From assembly GCA_963822445.1 (NCBI GenBank), contig CAWGHO010000001.1, positions 928,001 to 992,000 of the forward strand: DNA of 64,000 bases, read 5' to 3'. The DNA is from an uncultured Acidobacteriota bacterium. GTDB lineage: Bacteria > Acidobacteriota > Thermoanaerobaculia > Gp7-AA8. The translations under genes were made by a program, and so were the position numbers. The notes below the pieces were generated by a model. The model saw nothing but the letters and a program-made list of their open reading frames with translations. It had not been told where the DNA came from and ran no database searches. Positions 31,976 to 43,301 of this stretch are shown piece by piece (the stretch's first letter is position 1; each line of letters starts with the position of its first letter).

Positions 31976-32661
31976 TTCTTCACCGCCGTGATGTTCATGT
32001 AGATCTCACGGACGCGCTTGAGGCAGTTGTGGATCAGCTTCTCCGCGTAGCGGTTTGTCGTCTCCAGCTCGCGGGCCACGTCGGCGGCCGAACGGCCTTC
32101 GAAGTAGTGCAGCCAGAGCGTCTCGCGGCAGCGGGGCTGGAGGTAATCCAGCGCCTGGCGGATGGTCATGCGACGCGCGTACTCGTCCGCCAGCCCCTGT
32201 GAGCCCGGATCGCAGTGATCGTTGAAATCCTCAGGCAACGACTCCGTCCGCCCCGATGCGCGCCAGTAGTGACGGCTGGCGTTGCACATCGCGGCGACCA
32301 GCCACGCCCGCACGTTGTCGATCTTCGTGCCCGTCTGCAGGAAGGAGAGGAACACTTCCTGGATCAGATTCTCGGCGTCGGTGTCGGGGATGCGGAACTT
32401 GCGGCAGGCGACATAGAGCAGCAGATTGCGGTGCTCGATGTACAGCTTCTCCACGTCATCGCCCGCCGTCGGAACCGGCGCCGGCACCGTTGCCGGAGCG
32501 GCCGCGACCGGTGGAGTGGGTTCAGACTTCGGCTGCGCCTTCTTCCCGTTCTTACGGGAAGCGGCTGGCGTCACATCGCTCGTGTTCTGTTCAAGCACGG
32601 CGGCGCTCTCCTCGCCTTCCTGTTCCGCGGACCGATGCACTCTTGTGGACTTTAGACCCAT
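31972..32661 (-). CDS. ECF RNA polymerase sigma factor
   Basis: DAENLIQEVFLSF...RAWL (region 2) and LHYFEGRSAADVAREL (region 4). Confidence 0.9.
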   Translation of the reverse strand: MGLKSTRVHRSAEQEGEESAAVLEQNTSDVTPAASRKNGKKAQPKSEPTPPVAAAPATVPAPVPTAGDDVEKLYIEHRNLLLYVACRKFRIPDTDAENLIQEVFLSFLQTGTKIDNVRAWLVAAMCNASRHYWRASGRTESLPEDFNDHCDPGSQGLADEYARRMTIRQALDYLQPRCRETLWLHYFEGRSAADVARELETTNRYAEKLIHNCLKRVREIYMNITAVKK

Positions 32662-32825
32662 GTCACGTTACCACGTTTCTTCCGTGGGGGCTGAGCTTCC
32701 GTAGTGAAAGCCTTACCTCCCGCGACCTCTTGTGGACGAGTGAAGCCTACCGCAATTACTCAGATTTTCCGGATGTATGGAGATCATCGCACGAACCGGG
32801 TCTTCGATGCTATCCTCCGCCGCCG

Positions 32826-34235
32826 ATGAGCGCCGATCAGACCCGCCGGCTCGTCGACGAAACCTGGTCCTCGTCGATCGTGCCCACCCTCGAGCAGTAC
32901 ATCCGCATTCCCAACCAATCTCCCCTCTTCGATCCGGACTGGAAACGCAACGGCCATATGGATCGCGCCGTCGCGCTCGCCAGGAGCTGGGTCGAGCAGC
33001 AGGGCATCGCCGGTCTGACGCTCGAAGTCCACGAGCTCGGTGATCGCACTCCATTGATCTACATGGAGATCGAGGGCGACGATTCCTCGACCGTCCTCAT
33101 GTACGGCCATCTCGACAAACAGCCGGCCATGGTCGGCTGGGAAGAAGGCCTCGGACCCTGGACGCCCGTCCTGCGCGACGGCAAGCTCTTCGGCCGCGGC
33201 GGCGCGGACGACGGCTACGCGATCTTCGCCACCATCGCCTCGATCAAAACACTGCAGCAGCAGAAGCTCCCCCACTCGCGCATCGTCGTGATGATCGAGT
33301 GCTGCGAGGAAAGCGGCTCGGTCGACCTGCCCGCGTACATCGATCTTCTCGCCGACCGCATCGGCACGCCGCGCCTGGTCATCTGTCTCGATTCCGGCTG
33401 CGGCAACTACGACCAGCTCTGGATGACGACCTCGCTCCGCGGATCGATCGTCGGCAACCTCAACGTCGAAGTCCTGACCGAAGGCGTTCACTCCGGCGAT
33501 GCGTCCGGCATCGTGCCTTCCAGTTTTCGCATGATCCGGATGATCCTCGATCGCCTCGAAGACGCGAAGACCGGCCAGATCATCCCGGACTGGCTCCACG
33601 TCGAAGTGCCCGCCGACCGTCTCGAGGAAGCGAAAGCAACCGCGAAGGTACTCGGCGACGAGGTCTGGTCGAAGTTCCCCTTCATCGGCGACATGCAGCC
33701 GGTCAGCAAGGACCCGCTGGAGCTGCTCCTGAACCGCACCTGGCGGCCCGCGCTGTCCTACATCGGCCAGGCCGGACTGCCCGACCTCGTCCAGGGTGGC
33801 AATGTGCTCCGGCCGAAGACGTCGATCAAGCTTTCCCTGCGCATCCCGCCGTCACTCGATGCGACCGACATCGACCGCAAGCTGAAAGAGCTGCTCGAAA
33901 GCGATCCGCCCTACGGTGCGAAGGTCTGGTTCGAGCCGGAAAAGGGCGGCGGCGGATGGGTAGCGCCGAAGGTCGCGCCGTGGCTCGAGGAAGCGGTGGA
34001 GCGCGCATCGCAGACCTGCTTCGGCAAGGGCGCGATGACGTTCGGCGAAGGTGGCTCGATTCCGTTCATGGGAATGCTCGGCACGCGCTTCCCGACCGCG
34101 CAGTTCCTCATCACCGGCGTCCTCGGCCCGCACAGCAACGCCCATGGCCCGAACGAGTTCCTCGACATCGAGTACGCCAAGGGACTCACCGCGTGCGTGA
34201 CGCAGGTGCTCTCGGCCGAACGCGCCAGCGCCTAG
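32826..34235 (+). CDS. M20 metallopeptidase (Cys-Gly/carnosinase-like dipeptidase)
   Basis: YGHLDKQP, GRGGADDG, EESGS, HSG and SNAHGPNE. Confidence 0.9.
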   Translation: MSADQTRRLVDETWSSSIVPTLEQYIRIPNQSPLFDPDWKRNGHMDRAVALARSWVEQQGIAGLTLEVHELGDRTPLIYMEIEGDDSSTVLMYGHLDKQPAMVGWEEGLGPWTPVLRDGKLFGRGGADDGYAIFATIASIKTLQQQKLPHSRIVVMIECCEESGSVDLPAYIDLLADRIGTPRLVICLDSGCGNYDQLWMTTSLRGSIVGNLNVEVLTEGVHSGDASGIVPSSFRMIRMILDRLEDAKTGQIIPDWLHVEVPADRLEEAKATAKVLGDEVWSKFPFIGDMQPVSKDPLELLLNRTWRPALSYIGQAGLPDLVQGGNVLRPKTSIKLSLRIPPSLDATDIDRKLKELLESDPPYGAKVWFEPEKGGGGWVAPKVAPWLEEAVERASQTCFGKGAMTFGEGGSIPFMGMLGTRFPTAQFLITGVLGPHSNAHGPNEFLDIEYAKGLTACVTQVLSAERASA

Positions 34236-35107
34236 GCGTGCTTTCCCGTGTACCGCTTCTCCCCCGCCTCGACGCGAATCGGTAGCCGGTTCTGCGGCGG
34301 CGGCAGCGGGCAGGTCGCGAACGGCGTGAACACGCACGGCGGGTTGTAGGCCTTGTTGAAGTCGATGATGACCTTGCCGTCGGTACCCGGCTTCTTCGCG
34401 TACAGATAGCGGCCCGCCTCGTACGTCGAGTCCTTGCTCGTCTCGTCCTTGAAGATGATGAAGAACTCGTCCCCCTCGATGATCGGATCGATGCGGTACT
34501 CCTTGCCGTCGATCTCGAACACCAGCGCTCCCGGCGCGATGTTGTTGGTCGTCATCCCCGTCACGTCCGTGATCGGGACCTGTTTCGGCGGGTGATAGGC
34601 CTCCAGCCGCGCCTCCACGCGCCACTTCGGATCGATCGGGAAATACTCGAGACCCTTGAAGTTCAGCCGCGTCGGCGCCTCCGAATCCTTGATCCGCAGC
34701 CCGAAGCGGTCGCCGCGTTTGATCACGTTGAACTGCTTCGTGCCCATGCGGACGATCGTCGGACCACCTTCGTCCGCGTCTGCCAGCAGTTTCACCGATC
34801 CACTGACCGGCGCCCCTTCGATCTGCGCATCCTCGGACGGGTTGAACGTAACCTGGCCGCCGTTCAGCGAGACCGTGCCGGCAGGTGCCTTGTTGTCCCC
34901 CTCCTTCAGCCAGTCCAGCCCGACCAAAGTCAGCCAGCTGTCTTCCTTCTTCAGCCGCTCCGCCCGGTCGGTCTGCCACTTCCGGATCTCATCCTGATGG
35001 CTCGTATCGGGCGCCGAAGCGGTCGTGTCAGCTGCTTTCTCCACCACCTGTTCCTGCTTGCAGGCCACGACTAGCAAAAGAAGGAGCAGCGCCGACAGTC
35101 GTCTCAT
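34232..35107 (-). CDS. DUF1684 family lipoprotein
   Basis: TYEAGRYLY, DFNKAYNPPCVFTPFATCPLPPPQNRL; lipobox VVAC. Confidence 0.88.
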   Translation of the reverse strand: MRRLSALLLLLLVVACKQEQVVEKAADTTASAPDTSHQDEIRKWQTDRAERLKKEDSWLTLVGLDWLKEGDNKAPAGTVSLNGGQVTFNPSEDAQIEGAPVSGSVKLLADADEGGPTIVRMGTKQFNVIKRGDRFGLRIKDSEAPTRLNFKGLEYFPIDPKWRVEARLEAYHPPKQVPITDVTGMTTNNIAPGALVFEIDGKEYRIDPIIEGDEFFIIFKDETSKDSTYEAGRYLYAKKPGTDGKVIIDFNKAYNPPCVFTPFATCPLPPPQNRLPIRVEAGEKRYTGKHA

Positions 35108-35165
35108 GGCGGGTAGCATACGTGAGGGTGGTTTCTCTTTCGCCAACAGACGTGTCAAAAGAAAC

Positions 35166-35774
35166 GTGGCCGAAGTCGCCTCTTTTCCAACAGCCGAGCC
35201 GGAGCGTGCGAACGTGAGCACGCCCGGGCCGTGGGACGAGGAACGGATGCTGCTCGCGGCCATCCGCGCGGGAGATCAGGTGGCCGCAGAAGAACTGGTC
35301 GACCGGACTTACTCGGCCGTGTTCGCTTCGATCTTCCGGCTGTGCGGCGACAGCGACCTCGCCGCGGACCTGACCCAGGAGACATACCAGAAAGCATGGG
35401 GTGCATTGCCCGGCTTCGACGGCCGATCGCAACTCTTCACGTGGCTTTACCGTATCGCCTACACGACATTTCTGAACTACATCCGCCGCCCGCGGCGGAT
35501 GACGTCGCTCGATGAACCGGACTCGTTCGAACCAAGGGACGAAACGCCGTCGGCCGACGCAGTGTTGATGCAACAGGAGGAGGCCGAGAACCTCCGCGAG
35601 GCAGTGATGAAGCTCCCCGAAGACCTGCGATTCACGGTGACCGCGCACTTCTGGGGAGGGCTGCCTGTGAAAGAGATTGCGAGGATCGAGAACATCACCA
35701 CGGTGGCCATCCGCAAACGGCTGCACAAGGCTTTCTCGCTTCTCGAGTCGACGCTCGGCGAGGACGTCCCATGA
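35166..35774 (+). CDS. ECF RNA polymerase sigma factor
   Basis: AADLTQETY, FDGRSQLFTWLYRIA and EIARIENI. Confidence 0.9.
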   Translation: MAEVASFPTAEPERANVSTPGPWDEERMLLAAIRAGDQVAAEELVDRTYSAVFASIFRLCGDSDLAADLTQETYQKAWGALPGFDGRSQLFTWLYRIAYTTFLNYIRRPRRMTSLDEPDSFEPRDETPSADAVLMQQEEAENLREAVMKLPEDLRFTVTAHFWGGLPVKEIARIENITTVAIRKRLHKAFSLLESTLGEDVP

Positions 35775-37243
35775 ATACGAAACGCAAAGCTGATCTCCAG
35801 CGGCGACTGTCGCTGGCTCCGGTGCCGAGGCCGCCCGCGGACCTGGCTGACCGGATCAAGTCCGATATCCCGGAGTATCTGCGTCCGGAAACCGACCGCC
35901 GCCGCCTGACGCGCTCCGTCGCGTTCAACATGCGCGTCGCGGCGTCGATCCTGGTCGTCATCTCGTCCGTCATCGCCGCGATCTACCTCCTCGGACCGGA
36001 GGAGGAGATGATGCGGATGTCCCCCACTCCGCAGGCCGCAGCCGTTGCCGACAACAAGAGTCTCGTCGGAACTGACGAACTGCAGGTCGAGATCGCGCAG
36101 CAGGCGGCTCCGCCGGCGGAGGCGGTGCGTCTTGCCGATGCGCCCGCCTCACTCGATGCGGCTTCGCCTGAGAGTGAAGTCGTCGAGCGCACCGGTTCGC
36201 GCCGCAAGGAAGAAGATCGTCGGACCGACGGCGTCGAGTACGGCGTAGTCGGCGGCGTCGCCGGCGGTGTGGTCGGCGGGATGGTGGGCGGAGTCGTCGC
36301 GAATACGACCACCGCCGTCGCCGCGGCGCCAGCGCCGCCCGCCGATTTTGTTTCCGAGGTTGCAGTTGCTCCTGCGCCGGTGCTGGCTGCGCCACCACCG
36401 ACCGTCTCGGAGAGCATCAGCGTCCAGGCCGCGGCGCCAAGAATCGAGCAGCGCACGGCCAAGACGTCCGCCTCCTTCGTTCGCGAGGCTCACGCCGCGG
36501 ATCTCGCCTTGGGCCCTCCGTCGAGCGTCTTCGGCATCTCCATCGATGAAGGCGTCTTCCATCGCATCAAGGAGACGCTCGAAAAGAACCAGCGGCCCAC
36601 CGCGGCCGCGGTGAACGTCGAGGCCATCATCAACTACTTCGCCGGCGGACCGGTGAAGCCGCCCCGCCGCGGTGTGAAGCTCGAGGTCGAAGGCTCCCCT
36701 TCGCCGGTCGGCGGCGTCGGTGCGCGCGGCGGATACCTTCGCTTCACCATCGACACCCCCGTTGCGGAATCGCAGTTGCCGGTCGCGTCGAATGCGAAGC
36801 TCGAGATCGAATTGAACAGCAAGGTCGTCGAGAGCGCGTCGCCGGTCGGCGACTCCGCGATTACCGCTCCGGAATCCGCGCTGCGGCACAACCTGTCGGT
36901 CACCGGTCTCTACCACCTGACACTCAAGCCGAACCTGCGCACGACCGATCGCGTGGCCACCGTCCGCCTGCACTACACGACGGTGGGCGACGGCAAGCCG
37001 CAGTCGCTCGAGAAGACGGTTTACGTTCGCGACTTCGTGAAACTCTGGACGAAAGCCTCGCGTCGCCATCGCGTGGCCTCGCTCGGCGCGGTCTGGGCGG
37101 AATCGCTCAGAGCGGCGTCGCCGGCGCCGGAAGTCGTGAAGCGTGCGGAAGAGCTCGCGACACAGGATCCGGGCGACGAGCGCGCGCAGGAGCTGGCGAC
37201 AGCGGCAAGTGCTTCGTCGAAGCTACCCGCGAGCAGCTTCTGA
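35771..37243 (+). CDS. Membrane-anchored anti-sigma-like protein with YfbK-type vWF_A/DUF3520-like segments
   Basis: Overlaps sigma stop; single TM; AVNVEAIINYF and ASLGAVWAESLR resemble YfbK flanking domains. Confidence 0.55.
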   Translation: MNTKRKADLQRRLSLAPVPRPPADLADRIKSDIPEYLRPETDRRRLTRSVAFNMRVAASILVVISSVIAAIYLLGPEEEMMRMSPTPQAAAVADNKSLVGTDELQVEIAQQAAPPAEAVRLADAPASLDAASPESEVVERTGSRRKEEDRRTDGVEYGVVGGVAGGVVGGMVGGVVANTTTAVAAAPAPPADFVSEVAVAPAPVLAAPPPTVSESISVQAAAPRIEQRTAKTSASFVREAHAADLALGPPSSVFGISIDEGVFHRIKETLEKNQRPTAAAVNVEAIINYFAGGPVKPPRRGVKLEVEGSPSPVGGVGARGGYLRFTIDTPVAESQLPVASNAKLEIELNSKVVESASPVGDSAITAPESALRHNLSVTGLYHLTLKPNLRTTDRVATVRLHYTTVGDGKPQSLEKTVYVRDFVKLWTKASRRHRVASLGAVWAESLRAASPAPEVVKRAEELATQDPGDERAQELATAASASSKLPASSF

Positions 37244-37244
37244 G

Positions 37245-37508
37245 TCAGCGTCGCGGGTCGCGCTTCTTGCCGCCGCCGAAGTTGCGCACCGACTGAAAGT
37301 GGACGTTGAAGTAGTTCGCGGCAGCGCGAAGCGCGTTCGCCACGACTCCCTCATCCTTCGCCGGGATGTTCTCGATTGCCAGCCTCATGTGCGGCGGAAG
37401 CTTGCTCCGGCACCGGCGGCAGAGAGCATTCCCGACAGTCTTTTCCAGATCGCAGCGCGGGCAGCTCTTCTTCTTTGCCAAGCCGTTGACTTGATCTTTG
37501 GTGAGCAT
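37245..37508 (-). CDS. Small CxxC-CxxC zinc-finger protein
   Basis: CPRC-x10-CRRC, 87 aa. Confidence 0.55.
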   Translation of the reverse strand: MLTKDQVNGLAKKKSCPRCDLEKTVGNALCRRCRSKLPPHMRLAIENIPAKDEGVVANALRAAANYFNVHFQSVRNFGGGKKRDPRR

Positions 37509-37560
37509 CGATTCGTTGGTTATTGTGACACAATCCGCCGCCGCAAAAAGCGGAGGAGCC

Positions 37561-38238
37561 ATGAAGGGTCAGCGAGTCGAATTTCCATCCAATGCTCATA
37601 CGTGTCAGGGCTACTTTTCGTCGCCCCCCACCGGTACCGGTCCGGCTGTGGTCGTCATTCAGGAGTGGTGGGGCCTGGTGCCGCACATCGAGGATGTCGT
37701 CGACCGTTTCGCCGCTGACGGCTTCGTGACCATTGCGCCCGATCTCTTCCACGGCAAGACCACCAAGTCCCCCGACGACGCGGGCAAGATGCTGATGGAG
37801 CTCGACGTCGAGCGCGCTCACAAGGAGATCGCCGGGGCGGCCGACTTCGTCCTGGGCCGCCCCGAATGCACGTCGGAGAAGTTCGGGGTCGTCGGTTTCT
37901 GCATGGGCGGCGCGCTCGCGCAGTACGAGGCGACGCTCAACCCGAAGGTCGGCGCGGCCGTGAGCTTCTACGGCGGATTCAAGAAGGTGCCGCTCGACTG
38001 GGCGAACCTCAACGCGCCGCTGCTTTTGATCTACGGCGAGAACGACAGCGGCGTGCCCGCGTCGCAGGGCATCGAGCTGCAGAAGAAGCTGCGCGAGATG
38101 GGCAAGACGGTCGACGCCGTCGTTTACTCAGGCGCCAATCACGCGTTCTTCAACGACTCTCGGTCCGAGGTTTACAACGCTGATGCGGCGGCCGACGCGT
38201 GGCGGCGGACGATCGAGCTGTTCCGGCGCAGTCTGTGA
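37561..38238 (+). CDS. Dienelactone hydrolase family protein
   Basis: QEWWGL, GFCMGG and HAFFND. Confidence 0.93.
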   Translation: MKGQRVEFPSNAHTCQGYFSSPPTGTGPAVVVIQEWWGLVPHIEDVVDRFAADGFVTIAPDLFHGKTTKSPDDAGKMLMELDVERAHKEIAGAADFVLGRPECTSEKFGVVGFCMGGALAQYEATLNPKVGAAVSFYGGFKKVPLDWANLNAPLLLIYGENDSGVPASQGIELQKKLREMGKTVDAVVYSGANHAFFNDSRSEVYNADAAADAWRRTIELFRRSL

Positions 38239-39149
38239 TTCGCACTGCGGCGTTCGTCGCTCTGCTGCTGTTCTGCCTCACCCCCTGGTGCTCGCCGCCG
38301 ATCGCCCTGGCCCTCGGCCTCGCTTTCGCGTTGACCGTCGGCAGTCCGTTCAAGACTTCGAAGGCGACGAAGATCCTGCTCCAGGCCTCGGTCGTCGGTC
38401 TCGGTTTCGGTATGAACCTGCAGCGCGTGATCGCCGCCGGTCGCACGGGCATCCTGTTCACGCTCGCGACGATCGTGGGCACGCTCCTCCTCGGCTACGC
38501 ACTTGGACGAGCGATGCGCATCAGCACGGGAACCGCGCACCTCATCTCCTCCGGAACCGCGATTTGCGGCGGCAGCGCGATCGCCGCGGTCGGTCCGGTG
38601 ATCGGCGCAAGCGATGAAGAGATGTCCGTGTCGCTGGGCACGGTCTTCATTCTGAATTCGATCGCGCTCTTCATCTTTCCGCTGATCGGAACGGCCCTTC
38701 ACCTGACGCAGACCCAGTTCGGGGTCTGGTCGGCGATCGCCATCCACGACACGAGCTCGGTGGTCGGCGCGGCCGCGGCATTCGGTGCCGAGGCGTTACA
38801 GGTCGCGACGACGGTGAAGCTCACTCGCGCGCTCTGGATCGTGCCGCTGACCATCGGAACGGCGCTGGCCTTTCGCCGCGGCAAAACCCGCGTGGCCATT
38901 CCCTGGTTCATCGGACTCTTTCTTCTCGCGGCGGTGATGCGAACGTATGTCGACGCGCCTGCTGTCGTCTGGGACACGATCGTGCGCGCGGCGCGCATCG
39001 GTCTCACCGTGACGCTGTTCCTCATCGGGTCGCAGCTCTCGCGAAAGAGTCTCGCCGCCGTCGGCATCCGTCCGCTGATCCTCGGCGTGGTGCTCTGGAT
39101 CGCCATCTCGGCCGCCGGTTTGTGGGCGGTTCGGGCGATGCTCGTCTGA
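38235..39149 (+). CDS. YeiH/UPF0324 putative sulfate exporter
   Basis: GTAICGGSAIAAV, IHDTSSVVGA and VKLTRALWI. Confidence 0.9.
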   Translation: MIRTAAFVALLLFCLTPWCSPPIALALGLAFALTVGSPFKTSKATKILLQASVVGLGFGMNLQRVIAAGRTGILFTLATIVGTLLLGYALGRAMRISTGTAHLISSGTAICGGSAIAAVGPVIGASDEEMSVSLGTVFILNSIALFIFPLIGTALHLTQTQFGVWSAIAIHDTSSVVGAAAAFGAEALQVATTVKLTRALWIVPLTIGTALAFRRGKTRVAIPWFIGLFLLAAVMRTYVDAPAVVWDTIVRAARIGLTVTLFLIGSQLSRKSLAAVGIRPLILGVVLWIAISAAGLWAVRAMLV

Positions 39150-39172
39150 GCGCGGTTACAATCGCCTCCTCC

Positions 39173-41637
<2,465 letters not shown>

Positions 41638-41644
41638 TCATAAA

Positions 41645-43264
41645 TCAGTGACGCGCGGCGCGACGGCGCATCGGCTGAGCGTCCTCGAGATCACCGGTGA
41701 TCACCAGCGCGTAGCTCTGCTTCGTGCCGAAGCCGAGTTGGTGCGCGGTCACGGTGATGTCGTACGTCCCCCCTGATGGATCGTCGATGGAGATCACCTC
41801 GACGTTGTTCAGCCGGTCCGGCGTGGTGGTCACGCCGCTCACGGTAAGGTCGAGGTCATTCACCAGCTGCGGCGTCGTGTCGTTGACTCCGCGAACCGTG
41901 CCGGGCGGATCGGTCCACACCAGGACGGCCTTCAGCGGCGTGCCGGCCCGCGCTTTCACACGAACTGTCGACGATGCACCCGCGGCCAGACCGTTGCTGA
42001 GCGGGACGTCAACCACGCGCAGATCCTTCGTGTCTCCGTCGAAGAAGAGCGCGTCATCGAGCACGGGGAAGCCCCAGCCCTGCTCCGGCGATGGAACGGG
42101 AAGCGCCGGCACATCGAGCACGCCTTCGCGACGCCAGAGCGCGGGACGCGCGGCGGAGATGAGCGTCGCCTTCATCAGCGCGGCGCTGGGCGTCATCGCG
42201 TTCGGCGCGCTGCGCGAGCCGCTGGGATAAAAACCGTCGGTGTAGTACTGGCGAACCAATGCCGCCGCGCCGGCAATCGTCGGCGAAGACCAGGACGTGC
42301 CTGCCTGGCGGGTCACGTCGCACGTGTTCGGATTCGAATCGAAATCGCGATCGCCACCGACAACCGAGGAGGGGCCGATGAGGTCGGGCTTGATGCGGCC
42401 GTCGCGAGTCGGGCCGAACAGCGTGAACGACGAGATCACGTCGTCGTCGTTGCCGCGCGAGCGCGAGCCGCCAACCTGCACGGTGTTCTTCGCGCTGCCC
42501 GGTGCCGAGAGGGAGCGCGGCGGCGAGACGGTTCCGCTGCCGAGGTTGCCGGTGTTGAAGAGCACCAGCGAATCGGGGTGCGACCAGACGAAGGCATCGA
42601 CGTCGCGCGCCGACTGCGGGTAATTCGCGCGCGGCGGGTTCTGAAATGCATTCGCCCCCTGGCGATCGCCCCAGGAGTTCGAATGAATGCGCGCGCCCTG
42701 CTTGTACGCCTGTTCGAACACGCGGGTCAGGTCCAGCGGGCAGCGCAGACCGGGAAGTTGCGCGCAGGTGTCGCCGGTGTTGACGAAGCCGCCGTCCTGA
42801 ATCACGAGCTTCGCCGCAGGAGCGATCGCGTCGGCGTGGTCGTGCATGACCGGCGCGCCGCGATCGCCCGCTGCCGCGCCCGCGGCGTGAGTGCCGTGGC
42901 CTTGGTTATCGAGCGAGCCCGCCGCGCCCGGCGTGTCGCAGCCGACCGCGTTCGGATACTGATCGCAGGAGTAGAGGAAGTTGTAGGCGATGACTTTCCG
43001 CCGCGACAGATCGACGTTCTCCCACTCCAGCCCCGCCGCCGAGCCGGTGTTGAACGGCGGCGCGGAGCCGTCCGGCTCCGCGAAAAAGCAGGAGCTGTAC
43101 TCGAGCCCCGTGTCGATGATGGCGATGATCTGCCCCTGGCCATGGATGCCGCGGTCGTGCAGCGGCGTGGGTCCGCCCGGCCCTCCGGACTGGAGCGAGC
43201 GGTAGGAGACCTCGTTCGCGAACGCGGTCATGGAGATGAGGAGGATCGCAAATAACTTGCGCAT
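41645..43264 (-). CDS. Secreted S8 subtilase (KP-43-like)
   Basis: Catalytic triad IIDTG / GHGTH / GTSWSSP; C-terminal beta domain (LVWTDPP...VNDLDL); ends RRRAARH. Confidence 0.9.
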   Translation of the reverse strand: MRKLFAILLISMTAFANEVSYRSLQSGGPGGPTPLHDRGIHGQGQIIAIIDTGLEYSSCFFAEPDGSAPPFNTGSAAGLEWENVDLSRRKVIAYNFLYSCDQYPNAVGCDTPGAAGSLDNQGHGTHAAGAAAGDRGAPVMHDHADAIAPAAKLVIQDGGFVNTGDTCAQLPGLRCPLDLTRVFEQAYKQGARIHSNSWGDRQGANAFQNPPRANYPQSARDVDAFVWSHPDSLVLFNTGNLGSGTVSPPRSLSAPGSAKNTVQVGGSRSRGNDDDVISSFTLFGPTRDGRIKPDLIGPSSVVGGDRDFDSNPNTCDVTRQAGTSWSSPTIAGAAALVRQYYTDGFYPSGSRSAPNAMTPSAALMKATLISAARPALWRREGVLDVPALPVPSPEQGWGFPVLDDALFFDGDTKDLRVVDVPLSNGLAAGASSTVRVKARAGTPLKAVLVWTDPPGTVRGVNDTTPQLVNDLDLTVSGVTTTPDRLNNVEVISIDDPSGGTYDITVTAHQLGFGTKQSYALVITGDLEDAQPMRRRAARH

Positions 43265-43301
43265 CGGGCGAGGGAACGGAGGGCGCGGCGAGGCAATTCC
43301 G

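Noticed and set aside
32256-32825. 190-aa N-terminal extension of the M20 peptidase
   Set aside because: It overlaps the divergent ECF sigma; the peptidase-like sequence begins at the ATG at 32826.
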